Part shown: in pieces, positions 47,724 through 56,565 of the stretch
Numbering within the stretch: position 1 is the stretch's first letter
Layout of the letters: every line of letters starts with the position of its first letter
Notes under the pieces: model-generated
The model's input: only the letters and a program-made list of their open reading frames with translations
The model's database searches: none
What the model was told of the DNA's origin: nothing
DNA from: an uncultured bacterium
GTDB taxonomy: Bacteria > Gemmatimonadota > Gemmatimonadetes > Gemmatimonadales > Gemmatimonadaceae
Assembly (NCBI GenBank): GCA_963978095.1
Contig: CAXBQP010000003.1
Location: 32,001-96,000, forward strand
Direction: 5' to 3'
Length of the DNA: 64,000 nucleotides
Translations under genes and position numbers: made by a program

Positions 47724-48551
47724 CTATGCGATCATCTCCGGCTCGTGGACCTTTTCGGCCACGGCGCCATTGACGACACTCACGTAGTAGACTTTGGCGC
47801 CGGCGCGCGTGGAGACTACGCGCTTGACGGTCTGGTCCTCGAAGTAGATGCCGGCGTCGTTGTCACAGGCGTAGCCAGGCTTCATGGTGCCTTCCCCGAT
47901 GAGCTTGTGATACAGCGGCCGGCGGCCGGCTTCGGCGTCGTAGTGTGGCGAGTGGCTGCCGGTGAGGAAGCCCATGCATTTCACGATGGAGAGTGCCTTG
48001 GGGCGCGAATCAGTGGTCCCTTCTTCGAACCAGCAGAGTGAGCCGGCGGATGCGCCACCCAAGACGATCCCTTTGTCCCACGCGTGGCGGAGCACGGTGT
48101 CGATTCCCTGCGCCTTCCAGATGGCTTGTTGGTTCAGGGTGTTGCCCCCCGAGACGACGATGCCGTCCATCGAGAGGAAGACCTCGTCCCAGCCTTGGTG
48201 CTGCGAGAGGCTTTCGATGAAGCTCTTCTGCACATGCGCCTCGACATCGAGTGGCGCACAGTGCTCATAGAACTTGATGATCCCCTCCTCGGCGTCCGCT
48301 GATGCGGTGGGGAGGTAGCAGATGCGCGGCCGCTTCTTGCCGGAGAGGGCCGCCATGTAGCGGATGTAGGCGGTATTGAATCCGCCGCCCGCGATGAGGA
48401 TCTTGCGCGTACCGGCGGTGCTGGCGGCGCCCGCCTGGGTGTCGGGGGAACGGGTATCCACGAGGAGATCTCCTGGCGTGATCACGGAGTGACCGAGCGT
48501 CAGCGAGCCGATGGCCGAAGCGGTGAGGAATTCGCGGCGATCCATACTCAT
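47724..48551 (-). CDS. Peptidase E (S51) family with a Tat signal
   Basis: DRREFL twin-arginine motif, PTAS, GGNT, GASAG, PHYD. Confidence 0.88.
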   Translation of the reverse strand: MSMDRREFLTASAIGSLTLGHSVITPGDLLVDTRSPDTQAGAASTAGTRKILIAGGGFNTAYIRYMAALSGKKRPRICYLPTASADAEEGIIKFYEHCAPLDVEAHVQKSFIESLSQHQGWDEVFLSMDGIVVSGGNTLNQQAIWKAQGIDTVLRHAWDKGIVLGGASAGSLCWFEEGTTDSRPKALSIVKCMGFLTGSHSPHYDAEAGRRPLYHKLIGEGTMKPGYACDNDAGIYFEDQTVKRVVSTRAGAKVYYVSVVNGAVAEKVHEPEMIA

Positions 48552-48696
48552 GACGTTACGGGTTCGGGTCAGTGCAACGAACCGTACGAAGGTGCGCAGA
48601 GAACGGGGCCGAGTCAACGCGGGGCCGCGGTTGGCGTACGGGGGTCCGATCCCCACAATTCAGGACGGGTAGAATCTTCATCTCTCTTGGAGTCCC

Positions 48697-49134
48697 ATGA
48701 CGCGACGCATGATCAGCTCAGGTTCGACCTTCGAAGCCGAGGTGGGCTATTCGCGCGCGGTGGTCGACGGGAAGTGGGTGTTCGTGTCGGGCACCACGGG
48801 CTTTGACTATGCGACGATGACCATTTCGGAGGATGTCGCCGAGCAGGCGGAGCAGACCTTTCGGAATATTGCGGAGGCGCTCGGGAAGGCCCGTGCAGGG
48901 TGGGAGGATGTGGTGCGCGTGCAGTACATCTTTCCGGACGCTGCGGACTTCAAACCCTGCTGGCCCGTTTTCCGGAAGTATCTGGGCGAGGTGCGGCCTG
49001 CGGCGACCATGTTGGTGGCCGGGTTATCGGACCCCCGGATGAAGATCGAGGTGGAAGTCACGGCGCGTCGTGCGCGGCGCGCGACGCGGGGCGGGGGTAC
49101 GGATTCCAGTGACGGGGAACTCCCGAACCGCTAA
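48697..49134 (+). CDS. RidA/YjgF family protein
   Basis: GYSRAV, VSGT, RPAAT, KIEVE. Confidence 0.92.
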   Translation: MTRRMISSGSTFEAEVGYSRAVVDGKWVFVSGTTGFDYATMTISEDVAEQAEQTFRNIAEALGKARAGWEDVVRVQYIFPDAADFKPCWPVFRKYLGEVRPAATMLVAGLSDPRMKIEVEVTARRARRATRGGGTDSSDGELPNR

Positions 49135-49208
49135 GTTGCTATTTGAACGCAGAGGACGCTGTCCCTGTGCGCCCTGATTCCCCCAGCCACCACCGAACGC
49201 CCCGCCAG

Positions 49209-50561
49209 ATGCTCCGATTCGCACGCTCCCTGCTGCTCAGTATCGCCGCTGTATCGGGCGCCGGCGCGCCGCGTGCCGCGCAGGCGCATGTCGCAGACGC
49301 CGGCCGTGCCGCTGCCGACACCGTTCGCGGCATCGTTTTTGACAGCCTCCTCAAGGCACCGCTCGCCGGACTCACCGTGATGGCGGACATCGAAGGGGCG
49401 ACGAGCACAACGGATGAGTTCGGCGCGTTCATGTTGGTGACGAAAGGGACGATCCGGCGCATCTCGGCGTTCGGGGAGTTCCTCGACCGCACCGGGATCG
49501 GCAGTCTGAGCGCGACACTGACCGCGCAGTCGAACCGCGGGGCGATGATTCTGGCGACACCATCGATCGAGACGGTGCGGGCGCGATTGTGTCCCGGTGT
49601 GAAGTTCGAAGCCGGTCGCGAGGCGATCATCTTCGGGAGTGCGCGTTCTGCGGCCAAGAATGCGGTCTTGCTCTCAGGGGTACGCATTCACGCGTCGTGG
49701 GACCCCGGCGCCCCCGGAGATGACCCCGACCGTGCCCGCGTGGTGGATGTGAAGACCGATTCAACGGGCAACTACTATGTGTGCAGTGTGCCGCCGATCG
49801 CCCCCGTGTACGTGATCGCCTACAGCAAGCAATACAACTCCGGGACGATTGCCGTGCCGGGCGACAGTGTCCCGCTCCGCAAGCAAGACTTGGTGCTGGG
49901 TGCCGAAGGGAAGACGGGGACCGTCCGTGGCATCGTGCGCGACACCCGGCGACAGGGGATCACCACCGCCATCGTCGATATTGACGGCGTGGAGATCGGC
50001 ACCGGTACCGATGCACAGGGACGCTTTGTGATTCCGAACGTCCCCGCCGGCTCGCGCTCGTTGATGGCGCGTGCGATCGGATATTCGCCGGTGATCACCC
50101 AGGTGGATGTGACCGAGGACAACGCCCCGAATGTGACGATCGAGCTCACGAAATCGGTGTTTCTCCCCGGAGTGAAGGTGACGGAGCGGACGGCCGTCCC
50201 GATGATGAAGGCCGACTACGAAGAGCGCAAAAAGCTGGGGTTCGGCACTTTCATCGATACGGCGCAGATCAATCCGCTGCATAACACCCGGTCCATCTTT
50301 CAGGGGCGTGCCGGATTGATGATCGAGGGGAACCCGCCGCAGATGACCCTCTATATGTCTGCCACCACCGGTTACTGCCAACCCACCGTGAAGATTGACG
50401 GGTTCACGAGTGATACACAGGTGCTGGCGGAATACCCCAAGGGGAACATCGCCGCTGTGGAGATTTACACCAAGGCTTCGTTGGCTCCGGCCAAATACGC
50501 GCCGATCATGAGTACCTGCGGGTTGATTCTGGTGTGGTCGAAGGGGTCGTTCGCGCGGTAG
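49209..50561 (+). CDS. Secreted protein with carboxypeptidase-regulatory-like domains and a plug-like C-terminus
   Basis: Signal peptide, repeated G.V.D...TD..G.F units, IAAVEIY...CGLILVWSK. Confidence 0.8.
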   Translation: MLRFARSLLLSIAAVSGAGAPRAAQAHVADAGRAAADTVRGIVFDSLLKAPLAGLTVMADIEGATSTTDEFGAFMLVTKGTIRRISAFGEFLDRTGIGSLSATLTAQSNRGAMILATPSIETVRARLCPGVKFEAGREAIIFGSARSAAKNAVLLSGVRIHASWDPGAPGDDPDRARVVDVKTDSTGNYYVCSVPPIAPVYVIAYSKQYNSGTIAVPGDSVPLRKQDLVLGAEGKTGTVRGIVRDTRRQGITTAIVDIDGVEIGTGTDAQGRFVIPNVPAGSRSLMARAIGYSPVITQVDVTEDNAPNVTIELTKSVFLPGVKVTERTAVPMMKADYEERKKLGFGTFIDTAQINPLHNTRSIFQGRAGLMIEGNPPQMTLYMSATTGYCQPTVKIDGFTSDTQVLAEYPKGNIAAVEIYTKASLAPAKYAPIMSTCGLILVWSKGSFAR

Positions 50562-50647
50562 GGGAGGCGATGCAGTCGCGCCGGATGTAACTTGGTGCGG
50601 GGCGCGATGCGAGCGCCCCGCACTCTTTTTCCCGGGAACGAACGGTC

Positions 50648-51574
50648 ATGGCCAAGATCGCAGAATCGGAATGGATCTGGCGCGACGGCGAGTGGTTGCC
50701 GTGGCACAGCGCGAACATCCACATCCTCGCCCACTCGGTGCAGTTCGGATCGGCGGTGTTCGAAGGGATCCGCTGTTACCCCACGGCGGATGGCCCCGCG
50801 ATCTTCCGGTTGAGGGAGCATCTCAAGCGGATGTTCGATTCGTGCCGGATCTACCGCATGCCCATGACGTTCACGCCCGAGCAGATCCTGCAGGCGACGC
50901 GCGAGCTCGTGAACAAGAACCACCTGGATACCTGCTACATCCGTCCGATGGTGCTGCGCGGCTATGGTGCGGCGGGGATGGTGCCCTTCGAGAGTCCGGT
51001 GGAGGTGTATCTCCCCTGCTGGCCGTGGACGGACTATCTCGGCGCGGGCGCGCTCGAGAAGGGCGTGGATGCGTGCGTCGCGAGTTGGAACCGCGTGGCG
51101 CCGAACACCATTCCCGCGGTGGCGAAGATCGCCGGGAATTATCTGGGCGGCCAGCTCATCAAGATGGAAGCGCTACTCGACGGCTACGACGAAGCGATCG
51201 CGCTCGGTCCCGACGGGCTGATCAGCGAGGGCTCGGGGCAGAATGTGTTCGCCGTGAGCCAAGGCGTGTTGTACACGCCGCCCGTGGATGGCACGTTGCT
51301 CCCCGGGATCACGCGCGACACGGTGGTGACGATCGCGAAGGACCTGGGGATCGAGGTGCGGGTGCAGCCGCTGGCGCGCGAGACGCTCTACACCTCGGAT
51401 GAGATCTTCCTGAGCGGCACGGCGACGGAAGTCGCACCGGTGCGGAGCGTGGACAAGATCCCCGTGGGTGATGGGAAGCCCGGGCCGGTGGCCGTGGCGA
51501 TCGCGAAGCGGTATCTGGATGTGGTGCATGGGCGTGTGGCGGATACGCATGGGTGGTTGACGCATACGAAGTGA
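50648..51574 (+). CDS. ilvE: Branched-chain amino acid aminotransferase
   Basis: FEGIRCY, YIRP, AKIAGNY, EGSGQN, LPGITR, GTATE. Confidence 0.95.
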   Translation: MAKIAESEWIWRDGEWLPWHSANIHILAHSVQFGSAVFEGIRCYPTADGPAIFRLREHLKRMFDSCRIYRMPMTFTPEQILQATRELVNKNHLDTCYIRPMVLRGYGAAGMVPFESPVEVYLPCWPWTDYLGAGALEKGVDACVASWNRVAPNTIPAVAKIAGNYLGGQLIKMEALLDGYDEAIALGPDGLISEGSGQNVFAVSQGVLYTPPVDGTLLPGITRDTVVTIAKDLGIEVRVQPLARETLYTSDEIFLSGTATEVAPVRSVDKIPVGDGKPGPVAVAIAKRYLDVVHGRVADTHGWLTHTK

Positions 51575-51672
51575 TCGACGTGAACGGGCGTCGCACCAGT
51601 GGATACTGGTGCGGGCGCCCGTTCTGACTTTCTTCGCGGTAAGCTGTCGCAGTGCGCGCGTCGCGCGTGCCG

Positions 51673-52677
51673 CTAGCGCCGCAGCCCGAGATTCAAGATC
51701 CGCTGCAACAACTCCGGATACTCGATCCCCGCCGCGCGCGCACTCGACGCGAACTCCTCCCGACTCGCGATCTCGGGATTCGGATTCGCCTCGAGGAAAT
51801 AGAAGTGCCCGTCCGCCCCGAGCCGGAAATCCACGCGGCCGTACCCGGACAGTTCCAGGATCTTGTAGATCCGCTTGCTCACCTTCGCCAGCGTCTCCTG
51901 CTGCGCCTCCGTGATCTCGGCGCGCGTGAACTTCACTCCCCACCGCGCCTGATAGTCGAGGTCGTGCTTCACCCGCGCGGTGGCGATCAGCGGCTCCCCC
52001 TCGGGCATGTGCTCGGCCACCAGCTCCCACGCCGGGAAGCTCTGCACCCGCGCGTTGCCGACGAGCGACACGTAGAACTCGCGCCCGTCGATGAACTGTT
52101 CGACGATTGCCGCCGTCCGAACCCGCTCATGGATGAACCGCACGCGCTCCGCCAATTTCTCATCGCTGTCGACGATCGACGTCTTGGCGATCCCCACTGA
52201 CGAGTCCACCGTCAGCGACTTCACGATGAGCGGGAAGTGCAGTCGCGCCGGGCGCTTCACCTTGGCGCCGATCTCGAACACCGCGAAATCAGGGACCTTG
52301 ATGCGGTGGTACGCGAGCAACTTCTTGGAAAGCGCCTTGCCGCGCGCGATGATCATCCCGCGCGGATTGCATCCGGTGTAGGGGATCTGCAGCAGCTCGA
52401 GATAGCTCACGACGTTCTGGTCGAACAGCACCTCGCCGTGGAACTCCTCGAGCATGTTGAAGACGATGTCGGGGTGGAAGCTCTCCACCGCCTCGCGGAT
52501 GGGGCGCAGCTCGTACTGCACGCCGAGGATGAGCACCTCGTGCCCCATCGCTTTGAGGGTAGTGACGACGTCGTACTCCGTCTTCACCACCATGAACTCC
52601 TGCGGGGTGAGATCCTCCTTGTGCTCCGGCGGGATCAGCTGCGGGTGCGTGAGCACGAGCACTTTGAGTTTCTTCAT
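51673..52677 (-). CDS. Ddl-like ATP-grasp ligase
   Basis: VFNMLE, IPYTG, PLIVK, SSVGI, EQFIDGRE, RVDFR, LEANPNP; start ATG 52677. Confidence 0.88.
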   Translation of the reverse strand: MKKLKVLVLTHPQLIPPEHKEDLTPQEFMVVKTEYDVVTTLKAMGHEVLILGVQYELRPIREAVESFHPDIVFNMLEEFHGEVLFDQNVVSYLELLQIPYTGCNPRGMIIARGKALSKKLLAYHRIKVPDFAVFEIGAKVKRPARLHFPLIVKSLTVDSSVGIAKTSIVDSDEKLAERVRFIHERVRTAAIVEQFIDGREFYVSLVGNARVQSFPAWELVAEHMPEGEPLIATARVKHDLDYQARWGVKFTRAEITEAQQETLAKVSKRIYKILELSGYGRVDFRLGADGHFYFLEANPNPEIASREEFASSARAAGIEYPELLQRILNLGLRR

Positions 52678-52702
52678 GCCGGGCGCCTCAGCCTGCGGCC
52701 CT

Positions 52703-53731
52703 TCATACCGCGATCCAGCGGTGGCGACCGTGGTTCGCCATGAAATCCATCGTGCGGGCGGTGAGCAGAACCATGAAGTCGGTGAGGAGTTGTCGTTCGC
52801 GGCCCACCGCACGCAGCTTGAGCTGTCGGCAGCGGCCAATCATGTCGCCGAGTACCACATCCAAGGTGAAAGGATACTCGCCGGTCCACTTGGAGACCAC
52901 TCGGCGGATATCACTGCGGTGCCGCCGCAGAAAACTGGAGGCGGATTCACGATCGTGATAGCGCGGAGCGTTCGTGAAGAGACGGGTCAAGTCGTCGTCG
53001 TAAGTGTCGGGATATTCTTCCGAGTAGAGGGCGCGACGATAGGTGTAATGCTCGAACAGCGTGCGCGAGAGTGTGCGCAGTGCGTCCACATGTTCGCGCG
53101 CGCGCACCACCGGGACCGTGCCGGCGATGTCGGCCATGAGCGCGTCCACGTACTCGAGCTTCTTGAGCGCAGGCCATCCCGCATAACGTTTGCGCCAGTC
53201 CGAGCGCGGGCGCAGCCAGACGGCGAACGTTTCGGCGAAATCCTCATCCGGATGACTCTGCGCGTACCATCGCCGGAGATGCTGCACGTACTTCTTGCTC
53301 GCGGGGTTGGGGCGATACGACTCCGGGTACTTGGTGGAGGAGCGGCCGAAGAGTCGCTGATACTCGCGGCGTCGGTGGAGTTGGAAGGCATGTTGCACCG
53401 CGTGTCCGCACTCGTGCCGCATGATCTGCATGCATTCGGCGTGCGTTCCGCCTTCGGCTTCGAGCAGTTGCTGGCGCTCGAGCTTCATGAGGCGCGGATG
53501 GCACAGGTAGAAAGGGACGGCGAACCCCGGGACGTGCGCCGGCGAGAACCATTCGTCGGAGATCCAGATGTGCGGGTGCAGACGGATCTCGCGCGCGTCG
53601 AGTTCAGCGTAGAGTTCGTGCACGCACTGTTCGACCCAGGTGCCTTCAATGGTGACGCCGAGGTCGCGCAGCCGGAGCTGCATCAACCGTTCGGTAGACC
53701 AGGTGGACCAGGGGAATCGGCGGCCGGGCAC
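52703..53731 (-). CDS. Putative zinc-binding metallopeptidase
   Basis: RHECGHA (HExxH) and YAQSHPDEDFAETFAVW; GTG 53731 with SD GAGG is the likely start. Confidence 0.85.
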   Translation of the reverse strand: MPGRRFPWSTWSTERLMQLRLRDLGVTIEGTWVEQCVHELYAELDAREIRLHPHIWISDEWFSPAHVPGFAVPFYLCHPRLMKLERQQLLEAEGGTHAECMQIMRHECGHAVQHAFQLHRRREYQRLFGRSSTKYPESYRPNPASKKYVQHLRRWYAQSHPDEDFAETFAVWLRPRSDWRKRYAGWPALKKLEYVDALMADIAGTVPVVRAREHVDALRTLSRTLFEHYTYRRALYSEEYPDTYDDDLTRLFTNAPRYHDRESASSFLRRHRSDIRRVVSKWTGEYPFTLDVVLGDMIGRCRQLKLRAVGRERQLLTDFMVLLTARTMDFMANHGRHRWIAV

Positions 53732-53838
53732 GGGGACCTCGCACGAACTTCGCGGGAACGGCGACAAGAGGGCGATGCGAGAGCATGGTGCCAATCGGGC
53801 TGAGTGGCAAGGGGTAAGTCCTGTCGCTAGGATACGAG

Positions 53839-55149
53839 ATGCCCGACGACGCCATGAGATCCGCCCCGAATCCGTACGCGGCGCTCGGAATCCCGAACTT
53901 CCGTCGGTATATCGTGGGGTTGCTCGCCTTCACGATGGCGATCCAGATCCAAGGGACGGTGGTGGGCTGGCAGATCTATGAGCTGACGCACGACAAACTG
54001 GCGTTGGGGCTGATCGGATTGGCCGAGGCGATTCCTTTCATCGGGATGTCGCTCTATGCGGGGCATGTGGCGGACAAGCACGACCGACGTCGGATCGCCC
54101 TCACGGCCCTTGTAGTGCTGACGGCCTGTTCCGCTGCGCTGCTCCTGTTGCCGCTCTTCCTGTCACACGCCCCGCAGACGGTGACGCGCGCGATTTACGC
54201 GGTCATTGTCACGAGCGGATTCGCGCGCGCCTTCTTGCAGCCGGCGCGGCAGGCCCTGGGGGCGGAGATCGTGCCGCGTGCCCTGTACGCGAACGCCGTG
54301 ACCTGGCGCAGCGGATCCTGGCAGCTGGCCTCGGTGCTTGGCCCGGCATTGGGTGGCGTCCTGTATGCGACCGGCGGCACGTCGCTGGCGTATTCCGTGG
54401 ATGTTGCGCTGACGGTGGTCGGGTTCGCGTTCATTTGGCTCGTCCGGCACCGGTCGGTGCTGGAGGCGCATCATACGGAAGAGGTCGCGGAGAGTCTCAA
54501 GGCGGGGGTGCGCTTCGTGTTCAAGGAGCGGATCCTGCTCGGCGCGTTGACGCTCGATCTGTTTTCGGTGCTGTTCGGCGGGGCGGTGGCACTGCTGCCG
54601 GTGTTCGCGGCGGAGATCCTGCATGTCGGGCCGCGCGGACTCGGCCTGTTGCGGGCCGCGCCGAGCATCGGGGCGGTGGCGATGAGTTTCGCGCTGGCGC
54701 ATCGGAAGCCGATGGAGCGGGCGGGGCGGACCCTGTTCGGCGTGGTGGCGCTCTTTGGGGTGTGCATGATTCTGTTCGGGGCGAGTACGAGCTTCCCGCT
54801 GAGTGTGGCAGTGTTGGTGGTCAGTGGCGCCGCCGATATGGTGAGCGTGTTCATCCGGTCGACGCTGATCCAGACGGTGACCCCCGTGCATATGATGGGG
54901 AGGGTGAGTGCGGTGAACTCGGTGTTCATCGGGTCCTCCAATGAGATTGGCATGTTCGAGTCCGGGGTGACGGCGCAGTGGTGGGGAACTGTGCCGAGCG
55001 TGGTGTTGGGGGGTGTGGCGACGCTTGGTGTGGTGGCGTTCACCGCCTGGCGACTTCCGTCATTGCGCCAACTGGGACGCATGGACGCGCTACGTCCCTC
55101 GAGCCTTGGGACGACAGGGTCGGCACCCCAGCGTACGACTGGGGTATAG
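53839..55149 (+). CDS. MFS transporter (DHA3/EntS-like)
   Basis: About 12 TM segments, GHVADKHDRR motif A, TLDLFSVLFGGA, GRV. Confidence 0.92.
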   Translation: MPDDAMRSAPNPYAALGIPNFRRYIVGLLAFTMAIQIQGTVVGWQIYELTHDKLALGLIGLAEAIPFIGMSLYAGHVADKHDRRRIALTALVVLTACSAALLLLPLFLSHAPQTVTRAIYAVIVTSGFARAFLQPARQALGAEIVPRALYANAVTWRSGSWQLASVLGPALGGVLYATGGTSLAYSVDVALTVVGFAFIWLVRHRSVLEAHHTEEVAESLKAGVRFVFKERILLGALTLDLFSVLFGGAVALLPVFAAEILHVGPRGLGLLRAAPSIGAVAMSFALAHRKPMERAGRTLFGVVALFGVCMILFGASTSFPLSVAVLVVSGAADMVSVFIRSTLIQTVTPVHMMGRVSAVNSVFIGSSNEIGMFESGVTAQWWGTVPSVVLGGVATLGVVAFTAWRLPSLRQLGRMDALRPSSLGTTGSAPQRTTGV

Positions 55150-55195
55150 CCCGGCGGGAGCGCACCGCGGCTCAGACCGTGCGATATTTCAGACT

Positions 55196-56008
55196 ATGAT
55201 GACACCACAGTTTCTGACCGTGCGGCGCCGAATCGTCGCCGTCCTCCTGTTGCTCTCGACGGTGCCGGGGATGGCGATCGCCCAGCGCAAGGCGAACGCG
55301 CCGCGCGGGGCGGATGCGCCAAGCACGCCGATGCGCGGGGTGATTGACGGCTTTGTCTCGGACACGAATCTCGTCCCATTGGCGGGGGCGGAGATCTCGG
55401 TGTTGCGGACACCGACCAAGATCCTGACGAACGCCGGTGGCCGTTTCCGGTTCATCGACGTGGCACCGGGTCCGTACTTGTTGATTGTGAAGCGGTTAGG
55501 GTATCGCCCGACCTCGGCGGTGATCGATGTGCCGTCTGGGGACACGGTGCGGCTGAGCTACACGCTCGAGCGCGCGGCGCAGGGGTTGGCGGCGGTGCAG
55601 ATCACGGAGAAGAAGCAGTCACTGCGGATGCTCGAATTCGAGCAGCGCAAGAAGCTCGCGCAGGGGGAGTTCTTCACCGCTGAGGACTTCGAGAAGCGCG
55701 TCGCGCTGACGTTGCCGGATGTGCTGCGGTTCTCGAAGACGATGTCGCTGACGCCAGACAATACCAACAACGGGAACCTGGTGGCGCTGTCGAACCGCGA
55801 AGGGGGAGGGATCGGCGGATATTGCCCGATGCAGTTCCTGCTCGACGGGATCCCGCTGCCGGCGGGGTTCCCGATGAGCATCCTCCCGGCGCCGCGTGAT
55901 GTGGCGGGGGTGGAGATCTACAGCGGGCCTTCGAGCGTGCCGTTGCAGTTCGGGGGAGCGGACCGGCGGTGCGGGATGGTGTTGGTGTGGACGAAGGACG
56001 GGTATTGA
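55196..56008 (+). CDS. Secreted carboxypeptidase-regulatory-like plus plug-like domain protein
   Basis: Signal peptide, G.V.D...PL.GA, RLGY, VAGVEIY...CGMVLVWTK; paralogous to 49209-50561. Confidence 0.8.
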   Translation: MMTPQFLTVRRRIVAVLLLLSTVPGMAIAQRKANAPRGADAPSTPMRGVIDGFVSDTNLVPLAGAEISVLRTPTKILTNAGGRFRFIDVAPGPYLLIVKRLGYRPTSAVIDVPSGDTVRLSYTLERAAQGLAAVQITEKKQSLRMLEFEQRKKLAQGEFFTAEDFEKRVALTLPDVLRFSKTMSLTPDNTNNGNLVALSNREGGGIGGYCPMQFLLDGIPLPAGFPMSILPAPRDVAGVEIYSGPSSVPLQFGGADRRCGMVLVWTKDGY

Positions 56009-56037
56009 GGTCAGCGTCTTGTCCTCCACGGAACAGC

Positions 56038-56068
56038 AAGGGCCGATCGCTTCTGCGATCGGCCCTTT
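56038..56068. terminator. Intrinsic terminator, possibly bidirectional
   Basis: AAGGGCCGATCGC-TTCT-GCGATCGGCCCTTT. Confidence 0.85.
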
Positions 56069-56145
56069 CGACTTGCGGGAGATCCCGCGCTTCGCACTGC
56101 GAATCGGGACCTGTGTCCTGCTCCTTGCCAAGGAGCCGTAGACGA

Positions 56146-56547
56146 CTACTGCAATCGAAACAGCGTGATGACGTACCCCAGGTTGCTGTCACCCTTGAAC
56201 GTCAACTGTGCATTCAAGCGCTGGCCCTTTGGTAACGCATTGTACTGGGCTTCAGCGATGAAGAAACACTTCGTGAAATTCATATCAGCGGGAAATGCCA
56301 CCTTCACGCTCTTGAACCCACGGGGTGGAAGACACCGGATATCTGACGCACTGGTACTGATCGCACCAGGAGCCCCTGGCGAACCAGGAACGGGCGCACC
56401 GCTACCAGAGGAACTGACCGCACCAGACGGAAGGGCGGTGGACGCCGCCGTGAGATCGATCTTCACACCCGAGAGGTGAACATGCCAATGTCTGGCGAAA
56501 ACGTACGAACGTGAACTGGGCGCCGCGATGCGCTGATTCACCGTCAC
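56146..56547 (-). CDS. Orphan hypothetical protein or gene fragment
   Basis: 133 aa ORF in a lower-GC patch; no SD and no family recognised. Confidence 0.45.
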   Translation of the reverse strand: MTVNQRIAAPSSRSYVFARHWHVHLSGVKIDLTAASTALPSGAVSSSGSGAPVPGSPGAPGAISTSASDIRCLPPRGFKSVKVAFPADMNFTKCFFIAEAQYNALPKGQRLNAQLTFKGDSNLGYVITLFRLQ

Positions 56548-56565
56548 CCATTCACCGATGCGTTG

